Positions 26,625-38,303 of a stretch of 64,000 bases of DNA are shown here, piece after piece. How positions within the stretch are numbered: the stretch's first letter is position 1; every line of letters starts with the position of its first letter. Below the pieces are notes generated by a model that was not told the DNA's origin, ran no database searches, and saw only the letters and a program-made list of their open reading frames with translations. Source of the DNA: Octopus bimaculoides. Its lineage: Eukaryota. The DNA lies in contig NC_068984.1 of NCBI RefSeq assembly GCF_001194135.2, positions 16,413,963 through 16,477,962 of the forward strand. Direction: 5' to 3'. A program made the position numbers and the translations under genes.

Positions 26625-26744
26625 CGTAGCTGGTAGTAATATCATTATTAAAAGAACATCTCAAAATTTGAATACTTTTTTAGTGTATTTATCCAATACG
26701 AAATATTTTAAGGTCCACCAAATCGTTCAAGAAATCTTTTAATA

Positions 26745-26816
26745 CAAATAGAACGTTTCAGCACACGAAATCCGTGAGTGACTCTAAGCTATTGACTAGG
26801 TGCTTCATCAGCTGGG
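26745..26816 (-). ncRNA. Hammerhead ribozyme-like motif with a large loop 2
   Basis: Minus: CTGATGA (26811-26805), stem II AGCAC/GTGCT with a 35-nt loop, GAAAC (26759-26755), palindromic ACGU stem III and a GUU site. Stem I has only 2 bp. Confidence 0.5.
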
Positions 26817-28022
26817 AGTTGATAAGTTAAGATAATTTTTAAGAATATTGGTGCGTTCAGTTAGAGCACTCTCTTCAAACCTAATCCCAAACTTATCTGA
26901 GATTTCTCCTTATAAGGTTAAGTCCCTAATTGTTATGGTATCTTGTCGAGTAATGCGAAAAAGATGTGGTTATATCGGGTGGGTGGAGGTCTTTCCAGTA
27001 TTTCGGTTTCTTGGACTAAAGAGTCGTACTTTTTACGGTTGTACCTCCTCAACAAAAATGTCCTAATGAACAAAGCCAAGTTGGGGCTCATCTCTGTACT
27101 CCGTTTCGTTTTTCTTTTTCTTTGAAAAAGACCAGGATACCTTCGTGAGGTGTTGAGTTCGTAAACAAGAATCTAAAGTGTCGTATCGAACACATTCATA
27201 AGCTGCTTTAATATAGATTTGCCTTAAATTGTCATCAAATGTCATGATTTTCCAGAGGAAACTGATCTGATACTCACATTGCGTATTTCCAGTAGAGTGG
27301 TAAAGGTCTGAGCAGTAAAAGCTGAAACAGCACTTTTATGTAAGAATGATTTCAGTTCAGAAGACATGAAAGAAGCTGCTCAATCTTAATGTTCATATGC
27401 ATGTAAACCGGAAATGGAAAATAACGTAGCCAAGCAAGAGAAGACAGTTAATCAAGAATGGATTAAAGTAAAGCACCCTTAAACTCAATGATTATGTGGT
27501 AAGGGGGACGCAGAGTTGTGATGAACTAATCCTTGTTGTACGGCAGTATCGTGACTTGAAATCTTAATGGATATTGCAGCTAGAAACAACACGTTTAATG
27601 CCATCCATCGAATGCAGAAGATTCTGCACTCGAACAAAATGAATTAAGCTTTTAAATGCCAATGTAGTGGAGAAGATTTGTGGAGTTCAAAGAGATTACT
27701 CTGCGAAGTAGAACCACAAAAATCACATGATAGTGCATCTATGATAGCATTAAGAGATCCAGGATTATGTCGGATTTTTTAACAGGACGGCATGAATTTT
27801 AATCGCCTGCGTAATAATTTCTCATTTTTAATCTTGCTGCTGTGTTTTACATAGAATTTATACAGATTTTTATCAGTGAATAGTTTACTTAAAACAAAGA
27901 GTCACCATTTTTTCATAACCACAACAGGCAAAGATATTTCTGCTGCGCAATAATTTCATCTCAAACTTTAAAAATCAAGTAAAAATGCAACAGGCTAATC
28001 ATCTTCAATAGGTTTGTGTGTG

Positions 28023-28377
28023 TTGGCACTCCGTCGCTTACGATCAACGGAACAGCCTGCTCGTGAAATTAACGTGCAAGTGGCTGAGTAATCCACAGAC
28101 ACGTGTACCCTCAACGTAGTTCTCGGGGATATTCAGCGTGACACAGTGTGACAAGGTTGACCCTTTGAATTACAGGCACAACAGAAACAGGAAGTAAGAG
28201 TGAGAGAAAGTTGTGGTGAAAGAGTACAGCAGGGTTCGCCACCATTCCCTGCCGGAGCTTCGTGGAGCTTTAGGTGTTTCCGCTCAATAAACACTCACAA
28301 CGCCCGGTCTGGGAATCGAAACCGTGATCCTATGACCGCGAGTCCGCTGCTCTAACCACTGGGCCATTGCGCCTCCA
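28023..28377 (-). mobile_element. SINE family C, near full length
   Basis: Matches 13469-13846. Confidence 0.9.
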
Positions 28378-29067
28378 CCTTCAATAGGAGTATGGCAGTA
28401 TAAAATATATGATTGTCTTTACGAATGACAAGTTCCGTAACAGCTCTTAAGTTACTGATTGTTGTTACAAACTCCCACCGAGAGCAGAAACTGAGCATTG
28501 ATTAAAGATCTTATTCTTTCAGAGAAACAAGGAAACCATCAGGTATTATAAGTGAACATACCTGTAAATCGAGAACGAGAATGCTTATAAGCAAATATGA
28601 AATTTTCTCCGAGCGAAGTAAAATAATGGTGGGGACTTTTTCGCTATTGCTAATTTGATAACTTAGAATGCAAATAGATTTAGATGACAATTTACATTTA
28701 TCGTTATCCAGTGACGCATTAAATTTTAGAGCAATTTTTAAGAATTTAGAAAAAAATGTTTTGTTCCTTTTCTGTTTTACCATACATGATGACGTGATGA
28801 CGACATGTGAGTAGACGCATATTCCTTCTTGCTCTTTTTTACGAACAAGCTTGTCTATTTATTTGTTGGAACTACGCAACAATGTTTGTTGGCGCACGAA
28901 GTAAAGATGGTGTAATCGTCCGTCTGCCTCAAAAGCAGTAAATACTTTATTATCGAAAAGCTATGCAACACAATGGTAAATGCTACATAAGTCGATAGTA
29001 TTATGTGCCTTGTCAGTAGATATATTCTCACAAATTGTAGAGGTTGGTGTATACATACATACATACA

Positions 29068-29101
<34 letters not shown>

Positions 29102-29177
29102 GGCGTAGGAATGGCTCTGTGGTAAGTAGCTTGCTTACCAACCACATGGTTCTGAGTTCAGTCCCACTGCGTGGCAC
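29102..29177 (+). mobile_element. SINE family B head, truncated and fused to an LTR
   Basis: GGCGTAGGAATGGCTCTGTGG...CCCACTGCGTGGCAC, then an abrupt switch to LTR sequence. Confidence 0.85.
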
Positions 29178-30294
29178 GAACTCAAAAAGGAGAAATGGTG
29201 ACGAATGGAAAAACAGAGGACTCCTTTTATTTAAACGCGTCGCACGGTCGAACACAAAATAATATATCAAATATGATATACGTGATATGTTATACGACGA
29301 TAACATAGATGACCAGTAATGAAAGACCACAACCGTATTAGATGAATAACAGAGATATTTATTGTAGCGTTAAAGATGTATGTCTGTGTGAGAGTGTGAA
29401 TGCGACATATAATAACATAATCAAAGACAGGCCGTCATACAAAGAAAAGTATGTATATGAGTGATACATGTATGTGTATGTGTATTATTACAGCAGATAG
29501 AAAGNNNNNNNNNNNNNNNNNNNNNNNNNNNNNNNNNNNNNNNNNNNNNNNNNNNNNNNNNNNNNNNNNNNNNNNNNNNNNNNNNNNNNNNNNNNNNNNN
29601 NNNNNNNNNNNNNNNNNNNNNNNNNNNNNNNNNNNNNNNNNNNNNNNNNNNNNNNNNNNNNNNNNNNNNNNNNNNNNNNNNNNNNNNNNNNNNNNNNNNN
29701 NNNNNNNNNNNNNNNNNNNNNNNNNNNNNNNNNNNNNNNNNNNNNNNNNNNNNNNNNNNNNNNNNNNNNNNNNNNNNNNNNNNNNNNNNNNNNNNNNNNN
29801 NNNNNNNNNNNNNNNNNNNNNNNNNNNNNNNNNNNNNNNNNNNNNNNNNNNNNNNNNNNNNNNNNNNNNNNNNNNNNNNNNNNNNNNNNNNNNNNNNNNN
29901 NNNNNNNNNNNNNNNNNNNNNNNNNNNNNNNNNNNNNNNNNNNNNNNNNNNNNNNNNNNNNNNNNNNNNNNNNNNNNNNNNNNNNNGACAAATTTGTTGG
30001 GTATGAGTTGATCTATTTATAGCGTTAAGGGGGCTCACCAGATATCAGAAATATACTCTATCGCGTGACCTTATTAAGGGCTGTGATTGGTCAGTTTGCG
30101 TTCTGGCGGGAACGGTTCGAAGAAGTTGCCGATTCGAATAATGATCAGTCACCTGATGACAAGGAATGGGTTCTCTACTACGCTCGCATTTATTTATATT
30201 TAAATGAGAAGATTGTATGTAATGGCGATAGTAGTTGTGTATCTAATGGCGATAGGTAGTTTTGTATCTAGTGACGATAGGTAGTTTCACTACA
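29178..30294 (-). mobile_element. LTR copy A (Ty3/Gypsy-like), 3' LTR of a TRIM-like pair; contains an N gap and lacks about 20 bp of the U5 end
   Basis: Reverse complement of 53771-54861; on the minus strand it begins TGTAGTGAAACTACC at 30294. Confidence 0.88.
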
Positions 30295-30470
30295 CTAGCC
30301 TCGCACCAGTCGGTTTGTCGAAGGCAAAGAGACGAAATAAGAAAAAAAAATTGGAGTGAAAAAGACTTAAAGAACGGTTGGTCTATTACTGGCATTTAGT
30401 TACCATTTTTAAGTGAAACTGTGTGAACAGGATCACATAGGCTATACAGATCAGAAAGGCTGTATGAACG

Positions 30471-30491
30471 AATCAACGTCGGCGGTCACCA
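30471..30491 (-). promoter_or_regulatory. Primer-binding site complementary to tRNA-Trp
   Basis: Minus TGGTGACCGCCGACGTTGATT, 2 nt after the LTR end ...CCTTACA. The known tRNA-Trp PBS is TGGTGACCCCGACGTGAT. Confidence 0.85.
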
Positions 30492-30493
30492 AT

Positions 30494-30685
30494 TGTAAGG
30501 TACGACCGTGCGAACTCATAAAAGGAGAAATGTTGACGGATGGAAAAACAGAGGACTCCTTTTATTTAAACGCGTCACACGTTCGAACACACAATAATAT
30601 ATCAATGATGATATATTTGATATGTTATGCGACGATAACATAGATGACCAGTAATGAAAGACCACAACTGTATTAGATGAATAAC
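30494..30685 (-). mobile_element. LTR copy B (3' 192 bp of a 5' LTR)
   Basis: Homologous to the ends of copies A, C and D; ends CGTACCTTACA on the minus strand, directly before the PBS. Confidence 0.88.
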
Positions 30686-30719
30686 CATTACATACAATCT
30701 TCTAATAATGTATCCTTAC

Positions 30720-31220
30720 CTCCAGGAATGAAAGAATATAGCTGAAAACATTGCAATAGAAACATCAACTTGTAAAACTTGTAAGCACGACAGACGTGGA
30801 CCTTTGGAGACTGTGTGTATTCCACGCCATCCTGAATAATAAATAACTTGTGATAGATTCGAATAAAAACATCGATCAGAATCGAAGACAATTGAAAAGA
30901 CTTGATATTGTTCAATTGATCAGACAACAAAATTCATGCATTGTTGTAGAGATCAGCTGCTGCTGAGCAGATGTGAATGTTCCGTCTAAAGTTATGAACG
31001 GAACAATCTATAGTGAACTGATGCGAAACTTACAGCTTTTGTACATTGACAATAAATTTTCACACGTTGTCTTTGGAGCGCTAAGCAATGTGAAAAATAA
31101 TTCAGATATCTATGTATAAATGCTAGGGTTAGCTGGGAAGAAATTTATAATAAAAGCCTAACTGATACAATCCAAATTACATCTATCCAAGATATTGCGA
31201 ATACCTATGACACATTTTCG
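30720..31220 (+). pseudogene. Decayed RLE-type non-LTR retrotransposon C-terminus (restriction-like endonuclease; R2/R4/NeSL group)
   Basis: One frame reads KRLDIV...CIVVEISCC*ADVNV...YSELMRNLQLLY...VVFGALSNV. This resembles the RLE motifs RPDIV, IIEISCPAD and IVxGALG. Confidence 0.7.
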
Positions 31221-31246
31221 ATCTCTGATTACATTGAAGATATAAT

Positions 31247-31411
31247 GGTTTCAAATTTTGGCACAAGGCCAAAAGTTATGAGGAAATGGTCAGTCAATGA
31301 CATAGGTTCTAGTGAACACCAGGTATTTGTTTTATTGACCCTGGAAAGATAAAAAGCATAGTAGACTTCGGTGGAATTCGAACTCAGAATGTAAAGTCGG
31401 AAGAAACGCCA
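31247..31411 (-). mobile_element. SINE family A, truncated by the mariner remnant
   Basis: Core GACTTCGGTGGAATTCGAACTCAGAATG. Confidence 0.75.
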
Positions 31412-31882
31412 CTGATCAGGCGTCAAAAGTCATGGCACCCACCGAATGGAAGGAGACCTTTGACATGCTAAGTTCGTTATGCAGAATGTTCTCAACTCGT
31501 TCACGGGCGATGCCTAAAGCATTAGCTATCTGATTAACATTTAAACGTCTGTCATCCATCACCATGTGGTGAACACGGTCGATGTTTTCTTGAGTGGTGG
31601 CTATGGCAAGACGTCCGAACCTTGGGTCATTTTCGAGATTTCCCTACTCCTCTTGAATTCAGCTGCCCACTTTTGCACAGTTGATAAAACTGGAGCACCA
31701 TCCCCTAATGTAGCAACCATATCAGCAAGAATATCCTTGAGGGGGGGTAACCCCTTTTTCTGCAGATATTTGATAACTCCAGGGTGCCAGATTTTATCCA
31801 TTTTCACGAAATGTCTCTAGTACCACTTTTCCAAGTCCTCAATTCTGTATCCGATGTGGATTTATCTGGAAAGAAAGAAATG
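31412..31882 (-). pseudogene. Mariner transposase N-terminal remnant with frameshifts
   Basis: MDKIWHPGVIKYLQKKG...LGDGAPVLSTVQKWAAEFKR, then (frameshift) LENDPRFGR...DDRRLNVNQIANALGI...ILHNELSMSKVS, then (frameshift) RWVP*LLTPDQ. These are the mariner HTH and WVPxxL motifs. Confidence 0.9.
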
Positions 31883-32475
31883 NNNNNNNNNNNNNNNNNN
31901 NNNNNNNNNNNNNNNNNNNNNNNNNNNNNNNNNNNNNNNNNNNNNNNNNNNNNNNNNNNNNNNNNNNNNNNNNNNNNNNNNNNNNNNNNNNNNNNNNNNN
32001 NNNNNNNNNNNNNNNNNNNNNNNNNNNNNNNNNNNNNNNNNNNNNNNNNNNNNNNNNNNNNNNNNNNNNNNNNNNNNNNNNNNNNNNNNNNNNNNNNNNN
32101 NNNNNNNNNNNNNNNNNNNNNNNNNNNNNNNNNNNNNNNNNNNNNNNNNNNNNNNNNNNNNNNNNNNNNNNNNNNNNNNNNNNNNNNNNNNNNNNNNNNN
32201 NNNNNNNNNNNNNNNNNNNNNNNNNNNNNNNNNNNNNNNNNNNNNNNNNNNNNNNNNNNNNNNNNNNNNNNNNNNNNNNNNNNNNNNNNNNNNNNNNNNN
32301 NNNNNNNNNNNNNNNNNNNNNNNNNNNNNNNNNNNNNNNNNNNNNNNNNNNNNNNNNNNNNNNNNNNNNNNNNNNNNNNNNNNNNNNNNNNNNNNNNNNN
32401 NNNNNNNNNNNNNNNNNNNNNNNNNNNNNNNNNNNNNNNNNNNNNNNNNNNNNNNNNNNNNNNNNNNNNNNNNNN

Positions 32476-32610
32476 GTCTACCAAATCCACTGACAAGGCT
32501 CTGGTCGGCCCGAGGCTATAGTAGATACTTGCCCAAGGTGTCACGCAGTGGGACTGAACCCAGAACCATGTGGTTGGTAAGCAAGCTACTTACCACACAG
32601 CCACTCCTAT
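32476..32610 (-). mobile_element. SINE family B head
   Basis: Reverse complement of the 33146-33310 head. Confidence 0.85.
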
Positions 32611-32625
32611 ACATACATACATACA

Positions 32626-32659
<34 letters not shown>

Positions 32660-33145
32660 CATACATACATACATACATACATACATACATACAAGCTGGC
32701 TGTCAACTTGTAGACGAGCGCAACCATAACTGACAAATTATCTTATCTTAATAGTTAGAGACAATGGCCGTCAGCAATGCCCATGCTGAAATTTAAAGTC
32801 GATAACAGCTGGCACAACACTGCTAAGACTCTCTCATACAAAACCAAGTAGTCCAGCAACAAACACAAGCGAGATCTCTGGCTTGTGTCTAAACAAAGAC
32901 AAGGGTTCTCTCACGCACAGCTTTTTAGATTGCAATTGACTCAACTGAGTTAACGTGTCCTTTAACAGGTTTTGTTTTTCATTCTGCAAAGTGTCCAATG
33001 AAATCACCCTCCCAGATTTGAGTTTGGACGCGCAGTAAAATCAAATCGAGAAGACTTCCAGTGCAAGCCTCTACTGACACATGTCAGTATTTTTTAACTG
33101 AAAAAAAGTATAGGAGAAAGGCATTTGTAATAGCATAATAAGCAA

Positions 33146-33332
33146 GGCGTAGGAGTGGCTGTGTGGTAAGTAGCTTGCTTACTGACCGCATGTTTCCAGG
33201 TTCATTCCCACTGCGTGGAACCTTGGGCAAGTGTCTTCTACTATAGCCTCGGGCCGACCAAAGCTTTGTGAGTAGACTTGGTAGACGGAAACTGAAGGAA
33301 GCCCGTCGTATATATATATATANNNNNNNNNN

Positions 33333-33371
<39 letters not shown>

Positions 33372-33572
33372 TGTTTCTGTGTTTGTCCCCCCAACATCGC
33401 TTGACAACCGATGCTGGTGTGTTTATGTCCCTGTAACTTAGCGGTTCGGCAAAAGAGACCTATAGAATAAGTAATAGGCTTACAAAGAATAAGTCCTGGG
33501 TCCGATTTGCTCGACTAAAGGCGGTGCTCGAGCATGGCCACAGTCAAATGACTGAAACAAGTAAAAGAGTAA
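33146..33572 (+). mobile_element. SINE family B, full length (tRNA head, CORE-like segment, internal (TA)/(TG) microsatellite, tail)
   Basis: GGCGTAGGAGTGGCTGTGTGG...GGTTCATTCCC...CCTTGGGCAAGTGTCTT...GCCCGTCG[TA/TG]n...GACTGAAACAAGTAAAAGAG. Confidence 0.92.
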
Positions 33573-33991
33573 GATAACCGGAACTTATTACAACATATAG
33601 TCGGAATAGTGTATGGTCCTCTTGCTAGCGCTTGTCGTGAGATATTTGACTGGATATAGTTAAATAGCCACTGTTGCCAATACTGTGTGGCATAAGTATG
33701 GTACAAGCGTTTGCCACCATAATTCATTGATAGCATTACTTGTAACTCACAAAGTAATGCTACAAGTAATGCTATCTGTTGGAGTTTCGGCACTTTAGCT
33801 GCTATTTCTGAACTTCGGTATGTGGTGAAGCAACTTTTGCTGACCCCTTAATTATGTTTATAAATGTATAAGAACTTTTAAATAAGTTCTTCACCGATAA
33901 TGGTATTTTCATACCTAAGGGCTTGGTAAAAATTATTAATTATTAATAAATTAATAAATTGATAATCTTTTACCCTTTTAATTGTAATAAT

Positions 33992-34060
<69 letters not shown>

Positions 34061-34464
34061 ATTTGAATATATACGATTATATTTTATCTACTATTTATGC
34101 ATGTGAACTGCGAAGATTGGTGGTTAGCAAATATTGGCCAAAGATTGTACATAGAAGTCTTCTTCTTCTCTTTGAGATCATTTGCATCGACCTAGTTTCG
34201 CCGATGTTATCAATCTACCATATATCCATCCAGCGTTATAATGTATAAATCATTATTGATTACAACCGAGTTCCGAAAGCGGGAGCTAAATAAAATCTTA
34301 TCCGTTAGGTTCACCACTTCAACTGAGAGAAGGAAATATGACTATTTGTATTTACACCCATACATATCCTTTGGCTGTATGTTAATTCCTGGCTTAGAAC
34401 AGAAGGGGGATAGGATGGTGTATTAGAGCCAGTACGGTTTGGTAACATGAACCTTGCTTTCGCT

Positions 34465-34723
34465 AGGCTGTGTAATAAAGCTGTGTAATAAGAAGTTTGC
34501 TTCCCAACCTCATGGTTCCGGGTTCAGTCCCATTACTTGGAACCTTGGGTAAGTGTCTTCGGGCCGAACAGAGCCTTATGAGTGGATTTGGTTGACGGAG
34601 ACTGAAAGAAACCCGTCGTATATACATACATACATACATACATACATACGTACGTACATACATACGTACACACACACACACACACACACACACANNNNNN
34701 NNNNNNNNNNNNNNNNNNNNNNN

Positions 34724-34771
<48 letters not shown>

Positions 34772-34977
34772 ATGTGAAACCCATAACCGTTTAACAACCG
34801 GTGTTGGTGTGTTTATGTCCCCGTAAACAGTTCGGCAAAAGAGACCGGTGGAATAAGCACCAGGCTTAACATAAAAACAGTAAGTACTGGGTCTATTAGT
34901 TCGACTAAAATTCTTCAAGACGATGCCCCAGCATGGCCACAGTCGAATGAATGCAACAACTAAAAGATAAAAGATAA
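34465..34977 (+). mobile_element. SINE family B, decayed full length
   Basis: Head, internal microsatellite and tail match 33146-33572. Confidence 0.82.
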
Positions 34978-36166
34978 TTGTTTTTGATACTTACATAGAC
35001 GCGAGCAGTCTCTCGACTTCCCCACCATTCGATCCAGCGGCACAACCAGAATGCATCAGCTGGAGGAGGATAGAGTTGAACCAGTTTTCGGCTAATAATG
35101 ATTTTCAGCAGTGTAGATTGGGGGCAACGTGAAAATATGTGCTTTCTTAAAGGACAAATCGCGCTACCCGGTCCTGGATTTGAACCTACGATATTACGAT
35201 CACGAGCAGCCGAACACCCGAACCACTACTTCATGTACCTTGACCGGGTAGTGTAATATTCATATATTTCTTATTGACAATAGCAACGTACATGAAGTGA
35301 AATAGTTTAATCAGCAATTCGGAGAAGTGACGGATTCAGATCGCCAATTTAATGTAATATATGTGAATGGGTTGTCATCCATAATGAAAGAAAAATGGAA
35401 AACGTAGACGATGTTCTCTTCTGTACATGCACAATATTTCTGAGAAAAGAGACTTCATGCATTAACTTTGTTGATTCGGATCTGATTTCAAGCTCCAGTG
35501 CCTTGCAATGTCTTCATAGTTTACGGTTTTGTGACTACAACCATGCATAAATGAGCATTTGGAAATCATTGACAAATAGGAACAGAACTGAAAAATAAAA
35601 GTGTTGAAGACTGGGTTATTTTGCATTAACATCTTTGTCTTTCTCTCTGTCGTGTCCTCTCTACATTCTTGGTATGTTTTTATGATACTAAATGTCTAAC
35701 GAACAAAGACAATTATGTAAATATTGATTTCTTACAAAGGCCCAACGAATTGTTAGGCGGATAAGACTACGAAGACGAAACGCGCGTGCTTACACTCACG
35801 AAGACATTTATGAATCAACTGACCGAATATACGCCATCTTGTAATTTGTTAGCTGCGAAATGCTGTGTCCTTTTGCAATGACGTCCATTCTAATAGTAAA
35901 TGAGAAGTTCACTCCAGTGTTGTCAGTAACAGGAGTAATGAACAATAATAATAGTTGAAGGCTTCGATAATTTGTTAGCAATTGGAGTAATCTGTGAGAA
36001 ACCACTTCACTGTATATTCAATCATTCTTCCTCGATGGTAGCTCAAAGAAATAATTGATTGCAAAATACATACGTATATTATGTATGTCCGTCAATAATT
36101 GCAATCACATATATATATAGACAGATAGAGAAAGAGAGAATTAAACATACATATATACATGCGCGC

Positions 36167-36216
<50 letters not shown>

Positions 36217-36661
36217 TTTTAATAAAAGAATGTCAAAGGAACGTTTGCTGGTGGCGTTATTCAGTACTGAGAGTAAAATCAAATGTTATGTGAAGACATG
36301 GCTGATAGAGTTTCGCATTTCGTCAGTCGGCTTAGTACAAAGCTTCAGTTGGTGTTCCAGTAAACTTGATCTTCTCAGACAGAAGATAAATAGGTATCAT
36401 ATTACATCATATATATGTATTATATATGTTAATCATCATCATTATCCTCATAGCTGTTTTAATAGGTCTGTCGTTCATTTTTCCATGCTTACAAAGGTAC
36501 TGTCACCAACGCTCAGATATTTCCAAAAAAATTAATATTCTTCCATAACCGGAAACGGTTTCACAGAAGAATGGAAAAGAATGACACCACTTGTATGACA
36601 GTGATACTCGTTTACAACTATCACGTGATGTCAAGAAACTTACACAAAGACTCACACAATA

Positions 36662-36857
36662 GGCGCAGGAGTGGATGTGTGGTAACTAGCTTGCTTGCCA
36701 ACCACATGGTTCTGGGTTCAGTCCCACTGCGTAGCACCTTGGTTAAGTGTCTTCTACTATAGTAGAAGAGACTTGCCCAAGTTGCCACGCGGTGGGACTG
36801 AATCCGGAACCATGTGGTTGGGAAGCAAGCTTCTTACCACACAGCCACGCCTGGGCT
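36662..36857. mobile_element. Two SINE family B heads fused as a loop-less inverted repeat
   Basis: Plus-strand head at 36662-36759 and minus-strand head at 36760-36857, joined at TCTTCTACTA|TAGTAGAAGA. Confidence 0.92.
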
Positions 36858-37759
36858 TATAGATACACGTACATGTATGTTCATATATATATATATATAT
36901 ATANNNNNNNNNNNNNNNNNNNNNNNNNNNNNNNNNNNNNNNNNNNNNNNNNNNNNNNNNNNNNNNNNNNNNNNNNNNNNNNNNNNNNNNNNNNNNNNNN
37001 NNNNNNNNNNNNNNNNNNNNNNNNNNNNNNNNNNNNNNNNNNNNNNNNNNNNNNNNNNNNNNNNNNNNNNNNNNNNNNNNNNNNNNNNNNNNNNNNNNNN
37101 NNNNNNNNNNNNNNNNNNNNNNNNNNNNNNNNNNNNNNNNNNNNNNNNNNNNNNNNNNNNNNNNNNNNNNNNNNNNNNNNNNNNNNNNNNNNNNNNNNNN
37201 NNNNNNNNNNNNNNNNNNNNNNNNNNNNNNNNNNNNNNNNNNNNNNNNNNNNNNNNNNNNNNNNNNNNNNNNNNNNNNNNNNNNNNNNNNNNNNNNNNNN
37301 NNNNNNNNNNNNNNNNNNNNNNNNNNNNNNNNNNNNNNNNNNNNNNNNNNNNNNNNNNNNNNNNNNNNNNNNNNNNNNNNNNNNNNNNNNNNNNNNNNNN
37401 NNNNNNNNNNNNNNNNNNNNNNNNNNNNNNNNNNNNNNNNNNNNNNNNNNNNNNNNNNNAGCATAGTAATTCATGAAGCAGAAGATTTCAAAGATTTTGT
37501 TTTGTACCATGTAATTCAATATATTATCGCTAATGATATTTGTGTAGCGTTACAAACCATATAGCACCATGTTGATCTAATATTCACTGTATCTCAGAAG
37601 AAGAAAAAAAACACTCAGAGAATTCAGAAACAAAGATACGAGATGCATAGATTCAATAAGAGTGATTGGTAGAAATAGAATAGGGAAAAGAGCGAGAGGA
37701 CAAAGAATAGCGAATGTAAAAGAGAATGACAAAGTGAGAGAGAAAGAGAGGGGGGACAG

Positions 37760-37812
<53 letters not shown>

Positions 37813-37952
37813 CAGCTGGACGTAAACATAAAAAATGTCAGTGTACGCTCACAAAATTCTTTGAGTAGATTTTCATGGAACTTCAGTTTGGTGTTGCTAA
37901 TTCTATACCAGACTCTTATTCACTTTTCTAACTCAGTATATCATATATATGT

Positions 37953-38303
37953 GGAGGCGCAATGTCCCAGTGGTTAGGGCAGCAAACTCGCGGTCATAGG
38001 ATCGCGGTTTCGATTCCCAGACCGGGCGTTGTGAGTGTTTATTGAGCGAAAACACCTAAAGCTCCACGAGGCTCCGGCAGGGGATGGTGGCGAACCCTGC
38101 TGTACTCTTCCACCACAACTTTCTCTCACTCTTACTTCCTATTTCTGTTATGTCTGTAATTCAAAGGGTCAGCCTTATCACACTGTGTCACGCTGAATAT
38201 CCCCGAGAACTACGTTAAGGGTACACGTGTCCGTGTCTGTGGAGTGCTCAGCCACTTGCACGTTAATTTCACGAGCAGGCTGTTCCGTTGATCGGATCAA
38301 CTG
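37953..38303 (+). mobile_element. SINE family C (3' end lost in the gap)
   Basis: GTGGAGGCGCAATGTCCCAGTGGTTAGGGCAGC...GGTTTCGATTCCCAGACC...GTTGATCGGATCAACTG. Confidence 0.9.

Noticed and set aside
35765-35790. CTACGAAGACGAAACGCGCGTG resembling a Penelope hammerhead tail
   Set aside because: The CUGA core is broken and there is no stem II; at most a deleted relic.
36300-36332. Minus-strand CTGACGA-AATGC-GAAAC
   Set aside because: Five nt cannot form stem II, and stem III is absent.
37953-38030. tRNA-like sequences (also at 33146, 14320, 48637 and others)
   Set aside because: They are SINE heads that continue into SINE bodies; I see no complete cloverleaf with a paired acceptor stem.
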